From: an uncultured Blastocatellaceae bacterium
GTDB taxonomy: Bacteria; Acidobacteriota; Blastocatellia; Pyrinomonadales; Pyrinomonadaceae
Assembly (NCBI GenBank): GCA_964383905.1
Contig: CAYLJO010000061.1
Coordinates: forward strand, 1 to 28,337
Direction of reading: 5' to 3'
Length of the DNA stretch: 28,337 bases
Part shown: piece after piece, positions 1 to 8,770 of the stretch
How the letters are laid out: the number at the start of each line of letters is the position of its first letter
Position numbering within the stretch: the first letter of the stretch is position 1
The notes under the pieces: model-generated
Told to the model about the DNA's origin: nothing
The model's database searches: none
Seen by the model: the letters and a program-made list of their open reading frames with translations, nothing else
Made by a program: the position numbers and the translations under genes

Positions 1-534
1 CTAAGCAAGTAAGAGATGCTCCTTAAGATAGTGATTACCTGATCACGTGTGGTTGCGTTTCCATTACATTGATATTACATCATCATTGCACGGGAGCCCA
101 CGCTCAAACCCATAGTGTGATCCCGGTCGAATCTGTTTACGCAGGCCGACGTACATGCCAGCGCCCCATGACTGAGGCCGAAAGGCGCGAGCACCTGCGC
201 TTGGGTTGGTCGCCGAGTGGTTGCATTCGCAGGAGAATGGGAAAGGAAACTGTTTGTAGCGAAGTCGCCACAGGGCGCTGTTCACGCAGTGGCCCCGATC
301 TTTATTGGAAGTCAATATGGGTCAACGCGCCCTGCCGCCGTCAGCGTTCGTGTAGGCCGCAGCAGGACCGAACCGCTTCCGGTATTCCTCCGAGGTGATG
401 AACACACGGATCATCCCTTTAAAGCAATTGGGTCTAGGGCGTTCATCATCCCCAGCCAGAAGTCGTACTCCTCTTGCATCGGGGTTCTCGCCTCAAATAG
501 CCGAAGTGCTGTATTAAGGGATAAAGTTAAAGGA

Positions 535-1158
535 ATGCGTAAATGGATCGGACGTCTAATGCCAAAATTGTTTGGAAGAACCCAAGAAGTTCGCCATCCC
601 TCCCGGGAGCGTTGGGATCTTCAAACTCTTATTGGTCACGAGGCCGAAGAGCTTCAGAGTATTCCAAATCTGATGTGCAACACTGAAAACCTATTACCCG
701 TTAGTGAAGTAAGAATGGAGGAGATTTTTGGTTCTCAAAAGACAGAAAGGGAATGGGACACAACTAAGCGGACAATTCAGATATTTGAAGTCTCGGATGG
801 GACCGGAGGAGTGAACCCTGGTGATAGAAGAGCAATCTATTACCTGATAAGCCATTTCAAGCCCCGTTCCGTTTTAGAGATCGGCACTCACATCGGCGCC
901 TCTATGATACACGTTGCCGCAGCGCTTCATAAGCTTCAAGAATCAGAAAATAACGGGCAGGTCAGCTTAGTTTCAGTAGACGTCACAAACGTCAATGACG
1001 CGGTCCTGAAACCCTGGTTAAATTATGGAACAAAGTATTCACCGATTGAAATAGACGTTATTAGAAATAAGGTTTTTCGCTCATCGGCGCAAGGCACGTT
1101 TGCGATAACACACGCGCAGATTATGACAACCTGTTGCTGCTTCCATGAAACGATCTGA
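535..1158 (+). CDS. class I SAM-dependent methyltransferase-like protein, possibly truncated/degraded; start uncertain (ORF track starts at 217, but 217-534 is GC-rich and unlikely coding)
   Basis: ORF 217..1158. Glycine-rich motif I-like SVLEIGTHIGAS and acidic motif II-like LVSVDV typical of Rossmann-fold SAM MTases. AT-rich codon usage (aat, aaa, tta, ata) unlike the rest of the window. C-terminal region short and atypical for a complete MTase fold. Confidence 0.4.
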   Translation: MRKWIGRLMPKLFGRTQEVRHPSRERWDLQTLIGHEAEELQSIPNLMCNTENLLPVSEVRMEEIFGSQKTEREWDTTKRTIQIFEVSDGTGGVNPGDRRAIYYLISHFKPRSVLEIGTHIGASMIHVAAALHKLQESENNGQVSLVSVDVTNVNDAVLKPWLNYGTKYSPIEIDVIRNKVFRSSAQGTFAITHAQIMTTCCCFHETI

Positions 1159-1415
1159 ACATTCCCTTCGCCGGTTGCGCAATGTCTCTTTGACACATCG
1201 CGCACGCTTGATGCCACAGATCGCATGCTCGACTCGGACGCGCACGCGCGACAGCGCTCGATTGTGCCATAAACATTTAGCTGATTTTTATTCAATTCAA
1301 CTTCAAATAGATTTAGAGATAGTCCTTGTAAGCTGTGGCTGTTTTGGGATGATAGGACTAGGCCACGACTGGTTGAGAGGTTAACTGTCCATTTAGAATC
1401 TGCCATAAGTACGAG

Positions 1416-1694
1416 TTGGCCTTATCCATTCTGTTGCGGGAACAGTTAGATGCTCAGAATTTGCGCTCCAAGGTGGCCGCGCTTAAAGCTAAGCTTAAAT
1501 ATGGAAGCGAAGAGAAGGGCGGATTTACGGCGCACTCATTCCGTCAGGCGCGCATCTCTCGCCTTGCAGAACGCGGTCTGCCGCGCGAAACTATTATGAA
1601 GCTCTCCGGCCACACGAGCATTCAAGGTATAGAACCTTATCTGCACGCCACGCCAGAGTCAATTAAATTCGCGGCACAACTCATAACGGGGTGA
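1416..1694 (+). pseudogene. tyrosine recombinase (phage-integrase family) C-terminal catalytic fragment; N-terminal two thirds missing
   Basis: 92-aa ORF containing AHSFRQARISRLAERGLP...LSGHTSIQGIEPYLH, i.e. the His-x-x-Arg box and catalytic Tyr region of tyrosine recombinases. No upstream in-frame ORF encodes the N-terminal core-binding or the first catalytic Arg segment. Sits at the edge of a low-GC insert. Confidence 0.6.
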
Positions 1695-1809
1695 TGGCTT
1701 TTGACGGTGAGCGGGGTAAATGGGGTAGCTCAGGTAACAGAGGTGGCGGATTCCGCCGCCTCTAAACCCTTGAATAAACGACAACTTCCGCCAGCAGAGA
1801 GGGTTAGCC

Positions 1810-2661
1810 GTGATTGAGCCTTTATCCTACAATAATTATCTTCGTGTCGGAGACCTGATTAAGCTGCAGGAGTGTCTCTCCGATCCGGCCCATCACGACG
1901 AGCTGTTATTCATTACCATCCATCAAACTTACGAGCTCTGGTTCAAGCAGATTCTTCATGAGATCGATGCGGCCGTCGAGCGGATGAATGAAGACCGCGC
2001 CGCGGCCGCCGCGCACATACTCCACCGCGTTGTCGAGATCGAAAAGATTCTGGTCAACCAGATTCACATCCTGGAGATGATGACGCCGATCAGCTTTCTC
2101 GGTTTCCGCGACGGACTGAACCCCGCGAGCGGTTTTCAGTCCATGCAGTTTCGCGAGATCGAATTCTCTTCCGGCCTGAAAGATGAACAGATCCTGCGCG
2201 AGTTTCGTGATGACGAGTTTGCCTACCCGCGGCTCACCGCGCGTTACAATGCGCCGACGCTGAGAGACGCTTTCTTCGCACTGCTCAGGCGCCGCGGGTT
2301 TGATGCGCCCGCCGACGATGCGACACCCGGTAAGGAAGAACAGAAACAGTACGCTAAGCGGACGCGCGCGGTGGTTGAAGTTCTCACGCACTTCGAGGAG
2401 CGTGGCGAAGAGTTTCAGCTGGCAGAACGCCTCATCGAACACGACGAGTATTTTTCTCTCTGGCGCTTGCACCACATCACAATGGTCGAACGGATGGTCG
2501 GCGCAAAACGCGGCACGGGCGGGTCGGAAGGCATCGGATACTTGCGCACCACGCTTCATAAACGGTTCTTCCCTGAATTATGGGAGGCGCGCACCTACCT
2601 CGACACAAAGCATGGCGCGGGGGGCTGCCCCTTCACAGGCCATCAAGAAGGCGATGCGTGA
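1810..2661 (+). CDS. kynA: tryptophan 2,3-dioxygenase (TDO), GTG start
   Basis: Strong family signature: YNNYLRVGDLIKLQ...HHDELLFITIHQTYELWFKQILHEI, MTPISFLGFRDGLNPASGFQSMQFREIEF, and C-terminal WRLHHITMVERMVGAKRGTGGSEGIGYLR...FFPELW. Length (~283 aa) fits bacterial TDO. GAGAGGG purine run upstream of the GTG. Confidence 0.88.
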   Translation: MIEPLSYNNYLRVGDLIKLQECLSDPAHHDELLFITIHQTYELWFKQILHEIDAAVERMNEDRAAAAAHILHRVVEIEKILVNQIHILEMMTPISFLGFRDGLNPASGFQSMQFREIEFSSGLKDEQILREFRDDEFAYPRLTARYNAPTLRDAFFALLRRRGFDAPADDATPGKEEQKQYAKRTRAVVEVLTHFEERGEEFQLAERLIEHDEYFSLWRLHHITMVERMVGAKRGTGGSEGIGYLRTTLHKRFFPELWEARTYLDTKHGAGGCPFTGHQEGDA

Positions 2662-2733
2662 TCGGGCGTGAAAACCGGCCGTAAAGATCACCGGACGCAA
2701 CGTACTGACCGAGGGCGTAACCACCCGTTAAGT

Positions 2734-4287
2734 ATGAAGATCGGATTCCCCGAAAGGTTCAACATGGCAGATTACTTCCTCTATCACAACGTGGAGGAAG
2801 GTCGCGACCGTAAGATATGTCTCTACTTCAACGACGAGACGTACACGTACGGCGAAGCGGCGCGCATGTCGAATCGTGCCGGCGCGGCGCTGCGTGAGCT
2901 CGGAGTTGACATTGAAGACCGCGTGCTGATTGCGCTGCCGGACTGCCCGGAGTTTGTCTGGACATGGTTCGGCGCCAGCCGGATCGGGGCGGTCATCACA
3001 ATGGTCAACCCGCTTCTGCCCGCCGCCGACTACAGGTATTACCTGGACTATACGCGCGCCCGTGTGGCCGTCATCAGCGAATCAATGCTCGGGGCGTTCG
3101 AAGAAGCGGCCGAAGACGCACGTCACCTTCGCCACGTGATCGTAGTCGGGCGTGAGCACGGTAATTTTTCATCATTCGAGCAGTTGACCTCAGTAATGCC
3201 GGACCACGTCACGCCGGCTGACACACACCGCGACGACACCGCGATCTGGCTTTTTACCTCCGGCTCGACGGGCCACCCGAAGGGCGCTGTGCACCTGCAT
3301 CACGACCTCCCGTACAACACGGAGGCCTACGCCAAGCGCGTGCTGGGTGTAAACGAAAATGATCTCACCGTCTCCGTACCGAAGCTCTTCTTCGGGTACG
3401 CGACGGGAACCAACCTTCTCTTCCCCTTCGCGGTGGGCGGGGCGACGGCGCTCTTTGCCGAGCGCTCGACGCCGGAGAAGATGTTCGAGGTGATCGAGCG
3501 CTTTCATCCGACCATCCTGACGAGCGTGCCAACCATGATCAACGCTATGCTCAGCCTGGGCGGCGCCGCAGAGCGAGATTTATCCGGCCTGCGCATGTGC
3601 CTGTCAGCTGGGGAAGCGTTGCCCGTGGAACTTTACAGGCGCTGGGTGGAGACTTTCGGGGTCGAGATCCTGGACGGCATCGGCTCGGCCGAGATGTTTC
3701 ATATTTACATTACGAACCGTCCGGGCGACGTTCGGCCCGGCAGCCTGGGCCGCGTTGTCGAAGGCTACGAAGCGTTGATTGTTGATGCCCAAGGCAACGA
3801 GGTGCCGGCGGGCGAGATGGGCACGCTGCGCATCAAGGGCGACTCGGCGGCGCTCTGCTACTGGAACGCGCACGAGAAATCCAAAGAGACCTTCGCGGGC
3901 GATTGGTGTATGACGGGCGACCAGTTTCATGTGGATGCGGAGGGTTATTACTGGTACCACGGCCGAACGGACGAGTTGCTCAAAGTCTCCGGCGTGTACG
4001 TCGCGCCCTCGGAGATCGAGAACTGCCTGCTCCGCCACGAAGCCGTGCTCGAATGCGCCGTGGTCGGCCACGACGCCGGCGACGGCCTCATCAAGCCGAA
4101 AGCGTTTATCGTGCTTCACGAAGACTATACGCCCGGCGACCATCTGGCGCAGTCAATCAAAGAGTTCGTTAAGTCTCACATCGCGCTTTATAAATACCCC
4201 CGCTGGGTTGAGTTTGTCTCTTCCATACCGAAAAACGACCGGGGCAAAATTGATCGGAAACAACTGAAAAAGAGTGCCGAATTGTGA
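2734..4287 (+). CDS. AMP-dependent aryl-CoA ligase (benzoate / 2-aminobenzoate-CoA ligase family); ORF track extends to 2668 but ATG at 2734 (MKIGFPERF) or 2764 (MADYFLY) is the likely start
   Basis: AMP-binding motif LFTSGSTGHPKGAVHLHHD, YGATE-like FGYATGTN, hinge GDWCMTGDQF and C-terminal YKYPRWVEFVSSIPKNDRGKIDRKQLK typical of benzoate-CoA ligase-type adenylating enzymes. Confidence 0.85.
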   Translation: MKIGFPERFNMADYFLYHNVEEGRDRKICLYFNDETYTYGEAARMSNRAGAALRELGVDIEDRVLIALPDCPEFVWTWFGASRIGAVITMVNPLLPAADYRYYLDYTRARVAVISESMLGAFEEAAEDARHLRHVIVVGREHGNFSSFEQLTSVMPDHVTPADTHRDDTAIWLFTSGSTGHPKGAVHLHHDLPYNTEAYAKRVLGVNENDLTVSVPKLFFGYATGTNLLFPFAVGGATALFAERSTPEKMFEVIERFHPTILTSVPTMINAMLSLGGAAERDLSGLRMCLSAGEALPVELYRRWVETFGVEILDGIGSAEMFHIYITNRPGDVRPGSLGRVVEGYEALIVDAQGNEVPAGEMGTLRIKGDSAALCYWNAHEKSKETFAGDWCMTGDQFHVDAEGYYWYHGRTDELLKVSGVYVAPSEIENCLLRHEAVLECAVVGHDAGDGLIKPKAFIVLHEDYTPGDHLAQSIKEFVKSHIALYKYPRWVEFVSSIPKNDRGKIDRKQLKKSAEL

Positions 4288-4321
4288 GTACGGAATGCAG
4301 AACTGATTCATCATTTCCTCC

Positions 4322-4735
4322 ATGCCTTTCTCCACACGTATCAAGGTACGGTTCGGCGACGTAGATCCAGCGGGGCTGGTCTATTACCCGCGTATTTTTC
4401 ATTACATGCACGTCGCGATGGAGGAGTTCTTCGCCGCGCGCTGCGGGATCGGCTACGAGAAATTGATGGCAGATGAACGCGTCGGCTTCCCCACCGTGAA
4501 CGTGCGGGCAGAGTTTTTCGCGCCGCTCGTCTACGGCGATGAGGCTGACGTGGAGGTCTTCGTCTCCCAAGTGGGCCAAAGCTCGGCAACCTTCGAATAC
4601 AATATTCGGCGTGTAAGAGATGGTGAGATTTGTTCCCGGGCCACACACGTTCACGTGGCGATGGACCTTGACTCGCGCCGCGCCATCCCCATTCCTGAGA
4701 AATATCGCCGCGCCTTCGCCGGCAGCGCTGCTTGA
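4322..4735 (+). CDS. hotdog-fold acyl-CoA thioesterase (4-hydroxybenzoyl-CoA thioesterase / YbgC family)
   Basis: N-terminal IKVRFGDVDPAGLVYYPRIFHYM matches the 4HBT-family catalytic region (D in GDVD). ~137 aa, typical size. Immediately downstream of the CoA ligase on the same strand. Confidence 0.8.
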   Translation: MPFSTRIKVRFGDVDPAGLVYYPRIFHYMHVAMEEFFAARCGIGYEKLMADERVGFPTVNVRAEFFAPLVYGDEADVEVFVSQVGQSSATFEYNIRRVRDGEICSRATHVHVAMDLDSRRAIPIPEKYRRAFAGSAA

Positions 4736-4736
4736 G

Positions 4737-5039
4737 CGCGGCCGCCGGTCTCTATCCTCATCACCATGCCAGACGACGGGTGAGCAGGCGACCCGCTGGA
4801 CGATCACCTTTACCGCCCAGCAATTAAATGTCCTGAGCGCATACTTCGCGGCCGGACATGATATTGCGTTCGGCATCGATCCGGACTGCCACTTCTGGAA
4901 TAACGGCATCACGTTCAGCATGACGACGGCGAATAGCCCGGCGCCGGTGCCGGAGCCGACCACGATGGCGCTCCTCGGAACCGGGCTCGCCGGTCTCTAC
5001 TATCGCCGCCGCCGGTCAAAGGCACGGAGTGAGGCATAG
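4737..5039 (+). pseudogene. orphan PEP-CTERM sorting-signal tail (exosortase substrate C-terminus) lacking start and signal peptide; probable gene remnant
   Basis: Reading frame ends ...FSMTTANSPAPVPEPTTMALLGTGLAGLYYRRRRSKA* = VPEP motif + TM helix + Arg cluster (PEP-CTERM). The first canonical start codon in frame (ATG at ~4920) lies only 39 codons before the stop; no ATG/GTG/TTG exists earlier. The upstream part of the frame overlaps the thioesterase gene in another frame. Confidence 0.4.
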
Positions 5040-5061
5040 AAACTTGTCAGATAGTGTCTGT

Positions 5062-5109
5062 AAAAAGATCGGCGCGGACGGACTCTCACCCGTCCGCGCC
5101 GATCTTTTT
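5062..5109. terminator. bidirectional rho-independent terminator between convergent genes
   Basis: AAAAA-GATCGGCGCGGACGG-actctcac-CCGTCCGCGCCGATC-TTTTT: perfect 15-bp GC-rich stem, 8-nt loop, A-run on one side and T-run on the other. Lies between the + strand cluster ending at 5039 and the - strand regulator ending at 5138. Confidence 0.85.
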
Positions 5110-5137
5110 CCGGCACTGCTAGGGCCTCTTACCGGAC

Positions 5138-6556
5138 CTATTTAATACGACGATCCAGATTGTAATCGCGCAGCCGGCGGTAGAGAGTGGACGGGGATAT
5201 GCCAAGGATTTCCGCGGTCTTGCCGCGGTGCCAACCCGTCTGCTCAAGCGCGGCGAGGATTTGCTGGCGCTCGACTTCGCGTAATGATGCGGGCGATGCG
5301 GGGGCCGGGGGAATCTGCGTTGCGGTGTCGGCTGCGGTTTTGGCCGCGCCACTCTGAGAGGCGATAAACGCCGGGCCGGAACCGGCCGGCTGCCGCGTGA
5401 CTTCAGGCGGTAAGTCGTCGGGCGTGATTCGGCCCTGGTTGGCGAGGATAATGGCCCGCTCAAGACAGTTTCGCAACTGGCGCACGTTTCCGGGCCAACC
5501 GTAAGCGCGCAGCACATCAAGCGCCTCCGGCGTGAGCTCGGGCGGATTCGCGCCGCCGAGCTGCTTTAAGAGGTGGCGTGCCAGCGGCTCAATGTCTTCA
5601 GGTCGATCGCGCAGGGGGGCCAGATCAATCTGGAACCCGTTAATGCGATAAAGGAGGTCCGAGCGGAACGTGCCCTCAGTCACCACCGCTTCAAGGTTCC
5701 GATTGGTCGCGGCGACAATGCGCACATTGACCTCGACTTTGCGCACACCGCCAACGCGGAAAAAGGTCCGCGTCTCAATGGCGCGCAGGAGCTTGGCCTG
5801 AAGTTGCGGCGGCAGTTCCGTCACTTCGTCAAGAAAGAGTGTGCCGCCATCGGCCAGCTCGATCAGGCCCAGCTTGCGCCCTTTGGCGCCCGAGAATGCG
5901 CCGGCCTCGTAACCGAAGAGTTCGCTCTCGAGGAGCGTCTCCTGAAACGCGGCGCAGTTGAGGTCAATGAACGAAGCGTCCGCCCGGTTAGATAAACGGT
6001 GGATGGCGTGCGCGATCAGCTCCTTGCCCGTCCCCGACTCGCCCGTAATCAGCACTGAAGCCTCCGAGGGCGCGACGCGTTCGACGAGCCTGACCGCCTC
6101 GCGCATCGCTTCAGAGGTCGCGATGATTTCCGGCATCGCCGATTGGCGGGCCAGTTGCTCGCGCAGGCGCTGATTATCCACACGAAGGCGGCGCTTCTCG
6201 GCCGCCTGCTTGACCAGCGCGTCGAGCTCCGTGATGTGATACGGCTTCGAGAGGTAATCATAAGCGCCGAGCTTCATCGCCTCGATCGCCGTCTCGACCG
6301 TGGCGTGGCCCGTCAGCATAATTACTTCGGGCGGGTTCGGTCGCTCGTGGACGCGGCGCAGCAATTCCATCCCGTCCATCCGCGGCATGTTAATGTCGCA
6401 GAGCAACACGTCAACGTTGCCCTCTTCCAGTCGCCGCAGCGCCGCTTCGCCGTCGGGCGCAACCTGAACTCTGTAACCCAGGCGCTGGAGCTCTCGCTGG
6501 ATCACCAGGCGCAGGTTGGCTTCATCTTCGGCGACAAGGAGTCGCGCGCTTTGCAT
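5138..6556 (-). CDS. sigma-54-dependent response regulator (NtrC family: REC + AAA+ sigma-54 activator + C-terminal Fis-type HTH)
   Basis: REC domain (LLVAEDEANLRLV...LLCDINMPRMDGMELL), Walker A ESGTGKELIAHAIH, GAFSGA (GAFTGA-like sigma-54 contact motif), ELFGYE, arginine-finger region, C-terminal HTH AEILGISPSTLYRRL. ATG at 6556 (MQSARLL) preferred over the alternative start at 6565 in the ORF track. Confidence 0.9.
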   Translation of the reverse strand: MQSARLLVAEDEANLRLVIQRELQRLGYRVQVAPDGEAALRRLEEGNVDVLLCDINMPRMDGMELLRRVHERPNPPEVIMLTGHATVETAIEAMKLGAYDYLSKPYHITELDALVKQAAEKRRLRVDNQRLREQLARQSAMPEIIATSEAMREAVRLVERVAPSEASVLITGESGTGKELIAHAIHRLSNRADASFIDLNCAAFQETLLESELFGYEAGAFSGAKGRKLGLIELADGGTLFLDEVTELPPQLQAKLLRAIETRTFFRVGGVRKVEVNVRIVAATNRNLEAVVTEGTFRSDLLYRINGFQIDLAPLRDRPEDIEPLARHLLKQLGGANPPELTPEALDVLRAYGWPGNVRQLRNCLERAIILANQGRITPDDLPPEVTRQPAGSGPAFIASQSGAAKTAADTATQIPPAPASPASLREVERQQILAALEQTGWHRGKTAEILGISPSTLYRRLRDYNLDRRIK

Positions 6557-6561
6557 CTCAC

Positions 6562-8613
6562 TCAAGCTGTTTGGTCTCCGTTATGGGCAGTCATGGCCGG
6601 CAACGAAATCGTAAAAGTCGTCCCGACCCCGACCGCTGATTGCACGTCAAGACGCCCGCCGTGCTCTGTTACAATACCATAACAGACGGCGAGGCCAAGC
6701 CCCGTGCCTCTTCCGATCTCTTTTGTGGTGAAAAACGGGTCGAAGATCTTTGTTAAGTTCTCATCCGGAATGCCTATTCCGGTATCACTCACTTCGATGA
6801 GCGCACGCCCGTCCTCATTACGCACACTAAGCGTCAGGCGGCCCCCGCCCGGCATGGCGTCAATCGCATTCGTAGCCAGCGCGATGACGGCCTGCTGCAA
6901 TTGCCCCTCATCACCGGAAACGTGAATCGCTTCGCCCGCTTCAATACGAATCTCTATCTTTTCACCCCGCCGTTGATGGGCCAGGAGCCGCGCCGCCGAG
7001 TGGATCACACCCGATAAATTAACGGGTACGTACTGGCCGGCGCGCGCGCGGCTAAAATCAAGCAGCCCGTTGGTGATTGCCTTGCAGCGGAAAGCTTCAC
7101 TACGAATCAACGCCAGGTACTCACGCAAATCCTCGACTTCAGCCGAACTGTCAAACGCGCCCCCGCGCACGCGCGATTCGAGCGCTTCGGCGCAGGCGGA
7201 AATCGTCGCCAGCGGATTATTGATCTCGTGCACGACGCCCGCGGCAAGGCGTCCGATGGCCGCGAGTTTTTCGGCACGCGCGACCGCGCGGTTCGCTTCC
7301 ACGCGCGCGGTGACGTCTTCCCCAACCGTGATGACATGAGAGACTTGGTCGCCGCCTTCGGCGCGCATCGGGATTTTGCTGACGAGCCAATGGCGGGTTT
7401 CACCATTCAGCGTCGTGGTCTCCTGCTTGATGTGCTCGATGTTACCCGTCTCGAAGGCGCGCCCGAATTCGCTCTCGAGGATACTGCGCTTCTGCTTTTT
7501 TAACACATCAAAGATGTTTTTCCCCAGCACCATATCACGCGGAATACCCTGCCCACCCAGCTCGCGGTTCCGGTTCCACGCGACGACACGATAGCTGCGG
7601 TCCACCGCGTAAATTGAGAGCGGCAGGCTATCGAGAATGGCTTCGGTGAAGCGCCTTTGCGCCTCGGCTTCGGCGGTGCGCCGCTCAACCTCTTTCGCCA
7701 GTGAGGCGGACGATTCGCGCGCCGCCTCATAAAGAGAGGCAATGTGTGCGGCGAGTGCCGCCTGTTGCGCCGCCGCGTCAATTAAACGGCTCTCCGTCTC
7801 GCCGCAATCTTCGCGGCGGTCGAACCCGACGATGAGCGCCCCCTGGGTACGCCCCTCGAAGCGCAACGGCGCAACGTATTCAAGCCGGTGCGCCTCGTCG
7901 CGCAGGAAGAACTGGTCTTGATCCTCGACGCGGGCCGCCGTCGCGCGGGCCGTAGACGCCAGCCAGGCATTAAGCCGGTCGGCGTAAAGCAATGAAACGC
8001 CTTCCGCGCTCCCTTCACGATCAAAGACACAGCTCGCCGCGCCGCGCTCATTAACATTCAGCATGGCCGCGCAAAGGGTCGCGCCCGTCCCTTCGTAAGT
8101 TGCGCCGGCCACCCGGCGCACCACCTGTTCGGGCTCGCGAGCCCGCAGCAGACCGCGGCCTAAATCGGCTAAAAACAGGAGTTCGCGATTGCTCCCCAGC
8201 AACGCCCATTCGCGCTTGGCCGATTCAAGGTGCGCGCCGACGCGTGAAAGGATTTCGAGGGGGCTGGAAGGTTTAACGATAAAATCGTCGGCCCCGGCGG
8301 CAAATGCTTCGACCTTCCGCTTCTCGTCATCGCTCGCCGAAAAGATAACGACGGGCAGTTGCCTTGTCGCGGATTGCGCGCGTAGAAGGCGACACAACGC
8401 GAGTCCGCCGACGCCCGGTATCTCAACATCGAGCATGACGAGGTCGCAAGGCTCTTTGTGCAGCGAGCGTAGGGCCGAGGGCGCATCGGCCACAGCTATT
8501 GTCCGGTGGCCGGCCTCTTCAAAAATGCGCTGCAAGTTTTTGCGCACGCCTGCATCGTCGTCAACAATAAGGAGCGTCGCGCCGGTAGCAATGGTGCTGG
8601 AAGGAGCCGACAT
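6562..8613 (-). CDS. hybrid sensor histidine kinase: N-terminal receiver (REC) domain, GAF-like region, PAS domain, HisKA and HATPase_c
   Basis: N-terminal [17 protein letters not shown]...[14 protein letters not shown]...FIVKP. PAS region [23 protein letters not shown]-box [12 protein letters not shown]1/G2 boxes DTGIGIP and [20 protein letters not shown]. Its stop is 5 nt from the downstream regulator start (overlaps the alternative regulator start), indicating co-transcription. Confidence 0.88.
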   Translation of the reverse strand: MSAPSSTIATGATLLIVDDDAGVRKNLQRIFEEAGHRTIAVADAPSALRSLHKEPCDLVMLDVEIPGVGGLALCRLLRAQSATRQLPVVIFSASDDEKRKVEAFAAGADDFIVKPSSPLEILSRVGAHLESAKREWALLGSNRELLFLADLGRGLLRAREPEQVVRRVAGATYEGTGATLCAAMLNVNERGAASCVFDREGSAEGVSLLYADRLNAWLASTARATAARVEDQDQFFLRDEAHRLEYVAPLRFEGRTQGALIVGFDRREDCGETESRLIDAAAQQAALAAHIASLYEAARESSASLAKEVERRTAEAEAQRRFTEAILDSLPLSIYAVDRSYRVVAWNRNRELGGQGIPRDMVLGKNIFDVLKKQKRSILESEFGRAFETGNIEHIKQETTTLNGETRHWLVSKIPMRAEGGDQVSHVITVGEDVTARVEANRAVARAEKLAAIGRLAAGVVHEINNPLATISACAEALESRVRGGAFDSSAEVEDLREYLALIRSEAFRCKAITNGLLDFSRARAGQYVPVNLSGVIHSAARLLAHQRRGEKIEIRIEAGEAIHVSGDEGQLQQAVIALATNAIDAMPGGGRLTLSVRNEDGRALIEVSDTGIGIPDENLTKIFDPFFTTKEIGRGTGLGLAVCYGIVTEHGGRLDVQSAVGVGTTFTISLPAMTAHNGDQTA

Positions 8614-8770
8614 GCTTTCGATCCCGAAACATTGCGCGCCGGGCTAAATCTAGGGAAGAAGGCCCTTTACGCGCAACCGAGTAGGTGTGGGCGGGCTGTT
8701 CTGGCGCGCGACACTGGAGGGCGCGCCACACAACCCTCTTGAAATTGAAAGCGATGCCGCGAGGTTTGTC

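Noticed and set aside
217-534. 5' extension of the methyltransferase-like ORF
   Set aside because: GC-rich unlike the AT-rich body of the gene. Probably read-through of flanking non-coding DNA; start moved to 535.
1725-1790. tRNA-like stretch GGGGTAGCTCAGGTAACAGAGGTGGCGGATTCCGCCGCCTCT next to the integrase fragment (possible tRNA or att remnant)
   Set aside because: It begins like a tRNA acceptor/D-arm and has a GTGGC-GGATTCC-GCCGC hairpin, but no consistent cloverleaf could be folded. The putative T-loop lacks TTC, the anticodon arm does not pair, and there is no 3' acceptor complement. At most a decayed fragment; not called.
1906-2559. 217-aa ORF on - strand
   Set aside because: Antisense to kynA, which has an unmistakable TDO signature. 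No motifs.
4169-4963. 264-aa ORF on - strand
   Set aside because: Entirely antisense to the well-supported thioesterase and PEP-CTERM frame. Arg/Gly-rich composition typical of spurious ORFs in high-GC DNA.
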